A stretch of 64,000 nt of DNA from Squalus acanthias. Lineage: Eukaryota. The position numbers and the translations under genes are program-made. The notes under the pieces are model-generated. The model was not told where the DNA came from and made no database searches. It saw nothing but the letters and a program-made list of their open reading frames with translations. Shown here in pieces: positions 15,001-26,670 of the stretch (the first letter of the stretch is position 1; each line of letters opens with the position of its first letter). Location: assembly GCA_030390025.1 (NCBI GenBank), contig JASTWF010000033.1:4094001-4158000 (forward strand), in the 5' to 3' direction.

Positions 15001-18000
15001 GCACATACACAGTGCGAGCCCTGTCCTGTGGTAAACACTCAGAGGGCAGCAGGGACACATACACAGTGCGAGCCTTGTCCTGTGGTAAACTCTCAGAGGG
15101 CAGCAGAGTGCGCTACACATACACCGTGCGAGCCTTGTCCTGTGGTAAACACTCAGAGGGAAGCAGGGACACATACACAGTGCGAGCCTTGTCATGCGGT
15201 ACACACTCAGAGGGCGGCAGGGTGCGCTACACATACACAGTGCGAGCCTTGTCCTGTGGTAAACACTCAGAGGGCAGCAGAGTGCGCCACATATACACAG
15301 TGCCAGCTTTGTCCTGTGGTAAATACTCAGAGGGCAGCAGAGTGCGCTACATATACACAGTGCGAGCCTTGTCCTGTGGTAAACACTCAGAGGGCAGCAG
15401 AGTGCGTTATACATACACAGTGCAAGCCTTGTCCTGTGGTAAACACTCAGAGGGCAGCAGAGTGTGTTATACATACACAGTGCGAGCCTTGTCCTGTGGT
15501 AAACACTCAGAGGGCAGCAGAGTGCGTCATACATACACATTGCCAGCCTTGTCTTGTGGTAAACACTCAGAGGGCAGCAGAGTGCGCTACACATACTCAG
15601 TGCGAGCCTTGTCCTGTGGGAAACACTCAGAGGGCAGTAGAGTGCGCTACACATACACAGTGCGAGCCTGGTCCTGTGGTAATCACTCAGGGGGCAGCAG
15701 AGTGCGCTACACATACACAGTGCGAGCCTTGTCCTGTGTAAACACTCAGAGGGCAGCAGGGACACATACACAGTGCGAGCCTTGTCCTGTGGTACACACT
15801 CAGAGGGCAGCAGAGCGCGCTACACATACACAGTGCGAGCCTTGTCCTGTGTAAACTCTCAGAGTGCAGCAGGGACACATACACAGTGCGAGCCTTGTCC
15901 TGTGGTAAACACTCAGAGGGCAGCAGAGTGCGCTACACATACACAGTGCGAGCCTTGTCCTGTGGTAAACACTCAGAGTGCAGCAGGGTGCGCTACACAT
16001 ACACAGTGCGAGCCTTGTCCTGTGGTAAACACTCAGAGGGCAGCAGGGACACATACACAGTGCGAGCCTTGTCCTGTGGAAAACATTCAGAGCGCAGCAG
16101 AGTGCGCTACACATACACAGTGCGAGCCTTGTCCTGTGGTAAACACTCAGAGGGCAGCAGGGACACATACAGAGTGCGAGCCTTGTCCTGTGGTAAACAC
16201 TCAGAGGGCAGCAGGGACACATACACAGTGCGAGCCTTGTCCTGTGGTAAACACTCAGAGGGCAGCAGGGACACATACACAATGCGAGCCGTGTCCTGTG
16301 GTAAACACTCAGAGGGCAGCAGGGACACATACACAGTGCGAGCCTTGTCCTGTGGTAAACACTGAGAGGGTTGCAGAGTGCGCTACACATACACAGTGCG
16401 AGCCTTGTCCTGTGGTAAACACTCAGAGGGCAGCAGAGTGCGCTATACATACACAGTGCGAGCCTGGTCCTGTGGTAAACACTCAGAGGGCAGCAGAGTG
16501 CGTTATACATACACAGTGCGAGCCTTGTCCTGTGGTAAACACTCAGGGGGCAGCAGCGACACATACACAGTGCGAGCCTTGTCCTGTGGTAAACACTCAG
16601 AGGGCAGCAGAGTGCGCTGCACAGACACAGTGCGAGCCTTGTCCTGTGTTAAACACTCAGAGGGCAGCAGAGTGCGCTACACATACACAGTGCGAGCCTT
16701 GTCCTCTGGTAAACACTCATAGGGCAGCAGGGACACATACACAGTGCGAGCCGGGTCCTGTGGTAAACAGTCAGAGGGCAGCAGAGTGCTCTACACATAC
16801 ACAGTGCGAGCCTTGTCCTGTGGTAAACACTCAGAGGGCAGCAGAGTGCGCTACACATACAGTGCGAGCCTTGTCCTGTGGTAAACACTCGGAGGGCAGC
16901 AGGGTGCGCTACACATAAACAGTGGGAGCCTTGTCCTGTGGTAAACACTCAGAGGGCAGCAGGGTGCGCTACACATACACAGTGCGAGCCTTGTCCTGTG
17001 GTAAACACTCAGAGGGCTGCAGAGTGCGCTACACTTACACAGTGCGAGCCTTGTCCTGTGGTAAACACTCAGAGGGCAGCAGGGTGCGCTACACATACAC
17101 AATGCGAGCCTTGTCCTGTGGTAAACACTCAGAGGGCAGCAGGGACACATACACAGTGCGAGCCTTGTCCTGTGGTAAACTCTCAGAGTGCAGCATGGAC
17201 ACATACACAGTGCGAGCCTTGTCCTCTTGTAAACACTCAGAGGGCAGCAGAGTTCGGTACACATACACAGTGCAAGCCTTGTCCTGTGGTAAACACTCAG
17301 AGGGCAGCAGAGTGCGCTACACATACACAGTGCGAGCCTTGTCCTGTGGTAAAAAACTCAGAGGGCAGCAGGGAGACAGACACTGTGCGAGCCTTGTCCT
17401 GTGGAAAACATTCAGAGCGCAGCTGGGTGCGCTACACATACACAGTGAGAGTCTGGTCCTGTGGTAAACACTCAGAGGGCAGCAGGGACACATACACAGT
17501 GCGAGCCTTGTCCTGTGGTAAACACTCAGAGGGCAGCAGGGACACATACACAATGCGAGCCTTGTCCTGTGGTAAACACTGAGAGGGTTGCAGAGTGCGC
17601 TGCACATACACAGTGCGAGCCTTGTCCTGTGGTAAACAGTGAGAGGGTTGCAGAGTGCGCTACACATACACAGTGCGAGCCTTGTCCTGTGGTAAACACT
17701 CAGAGGGCAGCAGAGTGCGCTACACATACACAGTGCGAGCCTGGTCCTGTGGTAAACACTCAGAGGGCAGAAGAGTGCGCTACACATACACAGTGCGAGC
17801 CTTGTCCTGTGGTAAACACTCAGAGGGCAGCAGAGTGCGCTACACATACACACTGCGAGCCTGGTCCTGTGGTAAACACTCAGAGGGCAGCAGAGTGCGC
17901 TACACACACACAGTGCGAGCCTTGTCCTCTGGTAAACACTCAGGGGGCAGCAGAGTGCGGTACACATACACCGTGCGAGCCTTGTCCTGTGGTAAACACT

Positions 18001-21000
18001 CAGAGGGCAGAAGAGTGCGCTACACATACACAGTGCGAGCCTTGTCCTGTGGTAAACACTCAGAGGGCAGCAGGGGCACATACACAGTGCGAGCCATTCC
18101 TGTGGTAAACACTCAGAGGGCAGAAGAGTGCGCTACACATACACAGTGCGAGCCTGGTCCTCTGGTAAACACTCAGAGGGCCGAAGAGTGCACTGCACAT
18201 ACACAGTGCGAGCCTTGTCCTGTGGTAAACACTCAGAGGGCAGCAGGGACACATACACAGTGCGAGACTTGTCCTGTGGTAAACACTCAGAGGGCAGTAG
18301 ATTGCGCTGCACATACACAGTGCGAGCCCTGTCCTGTGGTAAACACTCAGAGGGCAGCAGGGACACATACACAGTGCGAGCCTTGTCCTGTGGTAAACTC
18401 TCAGAGGGCAGCAGAGTGCGTTATACATACACAGTGCGAGCCTCGTCCTGTGCTAAACACTCAGAGGGCAGCAGGGTGGGCTACACATACACAGTGCGAG
18501 CCTTGTCCTGTGGTAAACACTCAGGGGGCAGCAGCGACACATACACAGTGCGAGCCTTGTCCTGTGGTAAACACTCAGAGGGCAGCAGAGTGCGCTGCAC
18601 ATACACAGTGCGAGCCTTGTCCTGTGGCTAAACACTCAGAGGGCAGCAGAGTGCGCTACACATACACAGTGCGAGCCTTGTCCTCTGGTAAACACTCATA
18701 GGGCAGCAGGGACACATACACAGTGCGAGCCGGGTCCTGTGGTAAACAGTCAGAGGGCAGCAGAGTGCGCTACACATACACAGTGCGAGCCTTGTCCTGT
18801 GGTAAACACTCAGAGGGCAGCAGAGTGCGGTACACATACACAGTGCAAGCCTTGTCCTGTGGGAAACACTCAGAGGGCAGCAGAGTGCGCTACACATACA
18901 GTGCGAGCCTTGTCCTGTGGTAAACACTCGGAGGGCAGCAGGGTGCGCTACACATAAACAGTGGGAGCCTTGTCCTGTGGTAAACACTCAGAGGGCAGCA
19001 GGGTGCGCTACACATACACAGTGCGAGCCTTGTCCTGTGGTAAACACTCAGGAGGGCTGCAGAGTGCGCTACACTACACAGTGCGAGCCTTGTCCTGTGG
19101 TAAACACTGAGAGGGCAGCAGGGTGCGCTACACATACACAATGCGAGCCTTGTCCTGTGGTAAACACTCAGAGGGCAGCAGGGACACATACACAGTGCGA
19201 GCCTTGTCCTGTGGTAAACTCTCAGAGTGCAGCATGGACACATACACAGTGCGAGCCTTGTCCTGTGGTAAACTCTCAGAGTGCAGCATGGACACATACA
19301 CAGTGCGAGCCTTGTCCTCTTGTAAACACTCAGAGGGCAGCAGAGTTCGGTACACATACACAGTGCAAGCCTTGTCCTGTGGTAAACACTCAGAGGGCAG
19401 CAGAGTGCGCTACACATACACAGTGCGAGCCTTGTCCTGTGGTAAAACTCAGAGGGCAGCAGGGAGACATACACTGTGCGAGCCTTGTCCTGTGGAAAAC
19501 ATTCAGAGCGCAGCTGGGTGCGCTACACATACACAGTGAGAGTCTGGTCCTGTGGTAAACACTCAGAGGGCAGCAGGGACACATACACAGTGCGAGCCTT
19601 GTCCTGTGGTAAACACTCAGAGGGCAGCAGGGACACATACACAATGCGAGCCTTGTCCTGTGGTAAACACAGAGAGGGTTGCAGAGTGCGCTACACATAC
19701 ACAGTGCGAGCCTTGTCCTGTGGTAAACACTGAGAGGGTTGCAGAGTGCGCTACACATACACAGTGCGAGCCTTGTCCTGTGGTAAACACTCAGAGGGCA
19801 GCAGAGTGCGCTACACATACACAGTGCGAGCCTGGTCCCTGTGGTAAACACTCAGAGGGCAGAAGAGTGCGCTACACATACACAGTGCGAGCCTTGTCCT
19901 GTGGTAAACACTCAGAGGGCAGCAGAGTGCGCTACACATACACACTGCGAGCCTGGTCCTGTGGTAAACACTCAGAGGGCAGCAGAAGTGCGCTACACAC
20001 ACACAGTGCGAGCCTTGTCCTCTGGTAAACACTCAGGGGCAGCAGAGTGCGGCTACACATACACCGTGCGAGCCTTGTCCTGTGGTAAACACTCAGAGAG
20101 CAGAAGAGTGCGCTACACATACACAGTGCGAGCCTTGTCCTGTGGTAAACACTCAGAGGGCAGCAGGGGCACATACACAGTGCGAGCCATTCCTGTGGTA
20201 AACACTCAGAGGGCAGAAGAGTGCGCTACACATACACAGTGCGAGCCTGGTCCTCTGGTAAACACTCAGAGGGCCGAAGAGTGCACTACACATACACAGT
20301 GCGAGCCTTGTCCTGTGGTAAACACTCAGAGGGCAGCAGGGACACATACACAGTGCGAGACTTGTCCTGTGGTAAACACTCAGAGGCAGTAGATTGCGCT
20401 GCACATACACAGTGCGAGCCCTGTCCTGTGGTAAACACTCAGAGCGCAGCAGGGACACATACACAGTGCGAGCCTTGTCCTGTGGTAAACTCTCAGAGGG
20501 CAGCAGAGTGCGCTACACATACACCGTGCGAGCCTTGTCCTGTGGTAAACATCAGAGGGCAGCAGGGACACATACACAGTGCGAGCCTTGTCATGCGGGT
20601 ACACACTCAGAGGGCGGCATGGTGCGCTACACATACACAGTGCGAGCCTTGTCCTGTGGTAAACACTCAGAGGGCAGCAGAGTGCGCCACATACTACACA
20701 GTGCCAGCTTTGTCCAGTGGTAAATACTCAGAGGGCAGCAGAGTGCGCTACATATACACAGTGCGAGCCTTGTCCTGTGGTAAACACTCAGAGGGCAGCA
20801 GAGTGCGTTATACATACACAGTGCGAGCCTTGTCCTGTGGTAAACACTCAGAGGGCAGCAGAGTGTGTTATACATACACAGTGCGAGCCTTGTCCTGTGG
20901 TAAACACTCAGAGGGCAGCAGAGTGCGTCATACATACACATTGCGAGCCTTGTCTTGTGGTAAACACTCAGAGGGCAGCAGAGTGCGCTACACATACACA

Positions 21001-24000
21001 GTGCGAGCCTTGTCCTGTGGGAAAACACTCAGAGGGCAGTAGAGTGCGCTACACACACACAGTGCGAGCCTTGTCCTCTGGTAATCACTCAGGGGGCAGC
21101 AGAGTGCGGTACACATAACAGTGCGAGCCTTGTCCTGTGGTAAACACTCAGAGGGCAGCAAAGTTGCGCTACACAGACACAATGCGAGCATTGTCTGTGG
21201 TAAACACTCAGAGGGCAGCAGGGACACATACACATGCGAGCCTTGTCCTGTGGGTAAACACTCAGAGGGCAGCAGGGACACATACACAGTGCGAGCCTTG
21301 TCCTGTGGTAAACTCTCAGAGTGCAGCATGGACACATACACAGTGCGAGCCTTGTCCTCTTCTAAACACTCAGAGGGCAGCAGAGTTCGGTACACATACA
21401 CAGTGCGAGCCTTGTCCTGTGGTAAACACTCAGAGGGCAGCAGAGTGCGCTACACATACACAGTGCGAGCCTTGTCCTGTGGTAAAAACTCAGAGGGCAG
21501 CAGGAGACATACACTGTGCGAGCCTTGTCCTGTGGAAAACACTCAGAGCGCAGCAGGGTGCGCTACACATACACAGTGCGAGTCTGGTCCTGTGGTAAAC
21601 ACTCAGAGGGCAGCAGGGACACATACACAGTGCGAGCCTTGTCCTGTGGTAAACACTCAGAGGGCAGCAGGGACACATACACAGTGCGAGCCTTGTCCTG
21701 TGGTAAATACTGAGAGGGTTGCAGAGTGCGCTGACATACACAGTGCGAGCCTTGTCCTGTGGTAAACACTGAGAGGGCTGCAGAGTGCGCTACACATACA
21801 CAGTGCGAGCCTTGTCCTGTGGTAAACACTCAGAGGGCAGGAGAGTGCGCTACACATACACAGTGCGAGCCTGGTCCTGTGGTAAACACTCAGAGGGCAG
21901 AAGAGTGCGCTACACATACACAGTGCGAGCCTTGTCCTGTGGTAAACACTCAGAGGGCAGCAGAGTGCGCTACACATACACACTGCGAGCCTTGGTCCTG
22001 TGGTAAACACTCAGAGGGCAGCAGAGTGCGCTACACACACAGTGCGAGCCTTGTCCTCTGGTAAACACTCAGGTGGCAGCAGAGTGCGGTACACATACAC
22101 AGTGCGAGCCTTGTCCTGTGGTAAACACTCAGAGGGCAGCAGAGGTGCGCTACACATACACAGTGCGAGCCTTGTCCTGTGGTAAACACTCAGAGGGCAG
22201 CAGGTGCGCTACACTACACAGTGCGAGCCTTGTCCTGTGGTAAACAATCAGAGGGCAGAAGAGTGCGCTACACATACACAGTGCGAGCCTGGTCCTCTGG
22301 TAAACACTCAGAGGGCAGCAGAGTGCACTACACATACACAGTGCGAGCCTTGTCCTGTGGTAAACACTCAGAGGGCAGCAGGGACACATACACAGTGCGA
22401 GACTTGTCCTGTGGTAAACACTCAGAGGGCAGTAGATTGCGCTGCCACATACACAGTGCGAGCCCTGTCCTGTGGTAAACACTCAGAGGGCAGCAGGGAC
22501 ACATACACAGTGCGAGCCTTGTCCTGTGGTAACTCTCAGAGGGCAGCAGAGTGCGTTATACATACACAGTGCGAGCCTCGTCCTGTGCTAAACACTCAGA
22601 GGGCAGCAGGGTGGGGCTACACATACACAGTGCGAGCCTTGTCCTGTGGTAAACACTCAGGGGGCAGCAGCGACACATACACAGTGCGAGCCTTGTCCTG
22701 TGGTAAACACTCAGAGGGCAGCAGAGTGCGCTGCACATACACAGTGCGAGCCTTGTCCGGTGCTAAACACTCAGAGGGCAGCAGAGTGCGCTACACATAC
22801 ACAGTGCGAAGCCTTGTCCTGTGGTAAACACTCAGAGGGCAGCAGAGTGCGCTACACATACAGTGCGAGCCTTGTCCTGTGGTAAACACTCGGAGGCAGC
22901 AGGGTGCGCTACACATAAACAGTGGGAGCCTTGTCCTGTGGTAAACACTCAGAGGGCAGCAGGGTGCGCTACACATACACAGTGCGAGCCTTGTCCTGTG
23001 GTAAACACTCAGAGGGCTGCAGAGTGCGCTACACTTACACAGTGAGAGCCTTGTCCTGTGGTAAACACTCAGAGGGCAGCAGGGTGCGCTACACATACAC
23101 AATGCGAGCCTTGTCCTGTGGTAAACACTCAGAGGGCAGCAGGGACACATACACAGTGCGAGCCTTGTCCTGTGGTAAAACTCTCAGAGTGCAGCATGGA
23201 CACATACACAGTGCGAGCCTTGTCTCTTGTAAACACTCAGAGGGCAGCAGAGTTCGGTACACATACACAGTGCAAGCCTTGTCCTGTGGTAAACACTCAG
23301 AGGGCAGCAGAGTGCGCTACACATACACACTGCGAGCCTGGTCCTGTGGTAAACACTCAGAGGGCAGCAGAGTGCGCTACACACACACAGTGCGAGCCTT
23401 GTCCTCTGGTAAACACTCAGGGGGCAGCAGAGTGCGGTACACATACACCGTGCGAGCCTTGTCCTGTGGTAAACACTCAGAGGGCAGAAGAGTGCGCTAC
23501 ACATACACAGTGCGAGCCTTGTCCTGTGGTAAACACTCAGAGGGCAGCAGGGGCACATACACAGTGCGAGCCATTCCTGTGGTAAACACTCAGAGGGCAG
23601 AAGAGTGCGCTACACATACACAGTGCGAGCCTGGTCCTTGGTAAACACTCAGAGGGCCGAAGAGTGCACTACCATACACAGTGCGAGCCTTGTCCTGTGG
23701 TAAACACTCAGAGGGCAGCAGGGACACATACACAGTGCGAGACTTGTCCTGTGGTAAACACTCAGAGGGCAGTAGATTGCGCTGCACATACACAGTGCGA
23801 GCCCTGTCCTGTGGTAAACACTCAGAGGGCAGCAGGGACACATACACAGTGCGAGCCTTGTCCTGTGGTAAACTCTCAGAGGGCAGCAGAGTGCGTTATA
23901 CATACACAGTGCGAGCCTCGTCCTGTGCTAAACACTCAGAGGGCAGCAGGGTGGGCTACACATACACAGTGCGAGCCTTGTCCTGTGGTAAACACTCAGG

Positions 24001-26170
24001 GGCAGCAGCGACACATACACAGTGCGAGCCTTGTCCTGTGGTAAACACTCAGAGGGCAGCAGAGTGCGCTGAACATACACAGTGCGAGCCTTGTCCGGTG
24101 CTAAACACTCAGAGGGCAGCAGAGTGCGCTACACATACACAGTGCAAGCCTTGTCCTGTGGTAAACACTCAGAGGGCAGCAGAGTGCGCTACACATACAG
24201 TGCGAGCCTTGTCCTGTGGTAAACACTCGGAGGGCAGCAGGGTGCGCTACACATAAACAGTGGGAGCCTTGTCCTGTGGTAAACACTCAGAGGGCAGCAG
24301 GGTGCGCTACACATACACAGTGCGAGCCTTGTCCTGTGGTAAACACTCAGAGGGCTGCAGAGTGCGCTACACTTACACAGTGCGAGCCTTGTCCTGTGGT
24401 AAACACTCAGAGGGCAGCAGGGTGCGCTACACTACACAATGCGAGCCTTGTCCTGTGGTAAACACTCAGAGGGCAGCAGGGACACATACACAGTGCGAGC
24501 CTTGTCCTGTGGTAAAACTCTCAGAGTGCAGCATGGACACATACACAGTGCGAGCCTTGTCCTCTTGTAAACACTCAGAGGGCAGCAGAGTTGCGCTACA
24601 CATACACAGTGCAAGCCTTGTCCTGTGGTAAACACTCAGAGGCAGCCAGAGTGCGCTACACAAACACAGTGCGAGCCTTGTCCTGTGTAAAAAACTCAGA
24701 GGGCAGCAGGGAGACATACACTGTGCGAGCCTTGTCCTGTGGAAAAACATTCAGAGCGCAGCTGGGTGCGCTACACATACACAGTGAGAGTCTGGTCCTG
24801 TGGTAAACACTCAGAGGGCAGCAGGGACACATACACAGTGCGAGCCTTGTCCTGTGGTAAACACTCAGAGGGCAGCAGGGACACATACACATGCGAGCCT
24901 TGTCCTGTGGTAAACACTGAGAGGGTTGCAGAGTGCGCTGCACATACACAGTGCGAGCCTTGTCCTGTGGTAAACAATGAGAGGGTTGCAGAGTGCGCTA
25001 CACATACACAGTGCGAGCCTTGTCCTGTGGCTAACACTCAGAGGGCAGCAGAGTGCGCTACACATACACAGTGCGAGCCTGTCCTGTGGTAAACACTCAG
25101 AGGGCAGAAGAGTGCGCTACACATACATAGTGCGAGCTTGTCCTGTGGTAAACACTCAGAGGGCAGCAGAGTGCGCTACACATACACACTGCGAGCCTGG
25201 TCCTGTGTAAACACTCAGAGGGCAGCAGAGTGCGCTACACACACACAGTGCGAGCCTTGTCCTCTGTAGTAAACACTCAGGGGGCAGCAGAGTGCGGTAC
25301 ACATACACCGTGCGAGCCTTGTCCTGTGGTAAACACTCAGAGGGCAGAAGAGTGCGCAACACATACACAGTGCGAGCCTTGTCCTGTGGTAAACACTCAG
25401 AGGGCAGCAGAGTGCGCTACACATACACAGTGCGAGCCTTGTCCTGTGGTAAACACTCAGAGGGCAGCAGAGTGCGCTACACATACACAGTGCGAGCCTT
25501 GTCCTGTGGTAAACACTCAGAGGGCAGCAGAGTGCGCACACATACACAGTGCGAGCCTTGTCCTGTGGTAAACACTCAGAGGGCAGCAGAGTGCGCTACA
25601 CATACACAGTGCGAGCCTTGTCCTGTGGTAAACACTCAGAGGGCAGCAGAGTGCGCTACACATACACAGTGCGAGCCTTGTCCTGTGGTAAACACTCAGA
25701 GGGCAGCAGAGTGCGCTACACATACACAGTGCGAGCCTTGTCCTGTGGTAAACACTCAGAGGGCAGCAGAGTGCGCTACACATACACAGTGCGAGCCTTG
25801 TCCTGTGGTAAACACTCAGAGGGCAGCAGGGACACATACACAGTGCGAGCCTTGTCCTGTGGTAAACACTCAGAGGGCAGCAGAGTGCGCTACACATACA
25901 CAGTGCGAGCCTTGTCCTGTGGTAAACACTCAGAGGGCAGCAGGGCACATACACAGTGCGAGCCTTGTCCTGTGGTAAACACTCAGAGGGCAGCAGAGTG
26001 CGCTACACATACACAGTGCGAGCCTTGTCCTGTGGTAAACACTCAGAGGGCAGCAGAGTGCGCTACACATACACAGTGCGAGCCTTGTCCTGTGGTAAAC
26101 ACTCAGAGGGCAGCAGGGACACATACACAGTGCGAGCCTTGTCCTGTGGTAAACACTCAGAGGGCAGCAG
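1..26170 (+). repeat. Satellite A: head-to-tail array of 60-bp monomers interspersed with 54-bp variants, roughly 440-450 copies; runs off the left edge and into the gap
   Basis: Consensus TGCGAGCCTTGTCCTGTGGTAAACACTCAGAGGGCAGCAGAGTGCGCTACACATACACAG is seen as identical 60-nt lines at 361-840. The 54-mer replaces AGTGCGCT with GG. Consensus is 33/60 GC with two CpGs. Confidence 0.99.
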
Positions 26171-26670
26171 NNNNNNNNNNNNNNNNNNNNNNNNNNNNNN
26201 NNNNNNNNNNNNNNNNNNNNNNNNNNNNNNNNNNNNNNNNNNNNNNNNNNNNNNNNNNNNNNNNNNNNNNNNNNNNNNNNNNNNNNNNNNNNNNNNNNNN
26301 NNNNNNNNNNNNNNNNNNNNNNNNNNNNNNNNNNNNNNNNNNNNNNNNNNNNNNNNNNNNNNNNNNNNNNNNNNNNNNNNNNNNNNNNNNNNNNNNNNNN
26401 NNNNNNNNNNNNNNNNNNNNNNNNNNNNNNNNNNNNNNNNNNNNNNNNNNNNNNNNNNNNNNNNNNNNNNNNNNNNNNNNNNNNNNNNNNNNNNNNNNNN
26501 NNNNNNNNNNNNNNNNNNNNNNNNNNNNNNNNNNNNNNNNNNNNNNNNNNNNNNNNNNNNNNNNNNNNNNNNNNNNNNNNNNNNNNNNNNNNNNNNNNNN
26601 NNNNNNNNNNNNNNNNNNNNNNNNNNNNNNNNNNNNNNNNNNNNNNNNNNNNNNNNNNNNNNNNNNNNNN
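26171..26670. other. Assembly gap (500 N, placeholder size)
   Basis: Run of exactly 500 N between two different satellite arrays. Confidence 0.99.

Noticed and set aside
1..26170. V(D)J recombination signal heptamer CACAGTG in nearly every satellite A monomer
   Set aside because: The 9-mers after a 12-nt spacer (TGTGGTAAA) or 23-nt spacer (CTCAGAGGG) do not resemble ACAAAAACC, and no V/D/J coding segments are present.
1..26170. C2H2 zinc-finger or PRDM9-like coding array (CGKH, C-x-x-C motifs)
   Set aside because: The period is 60/54 bp rather than 84 bp, and there is no H-x3-H or TGEKP linker.
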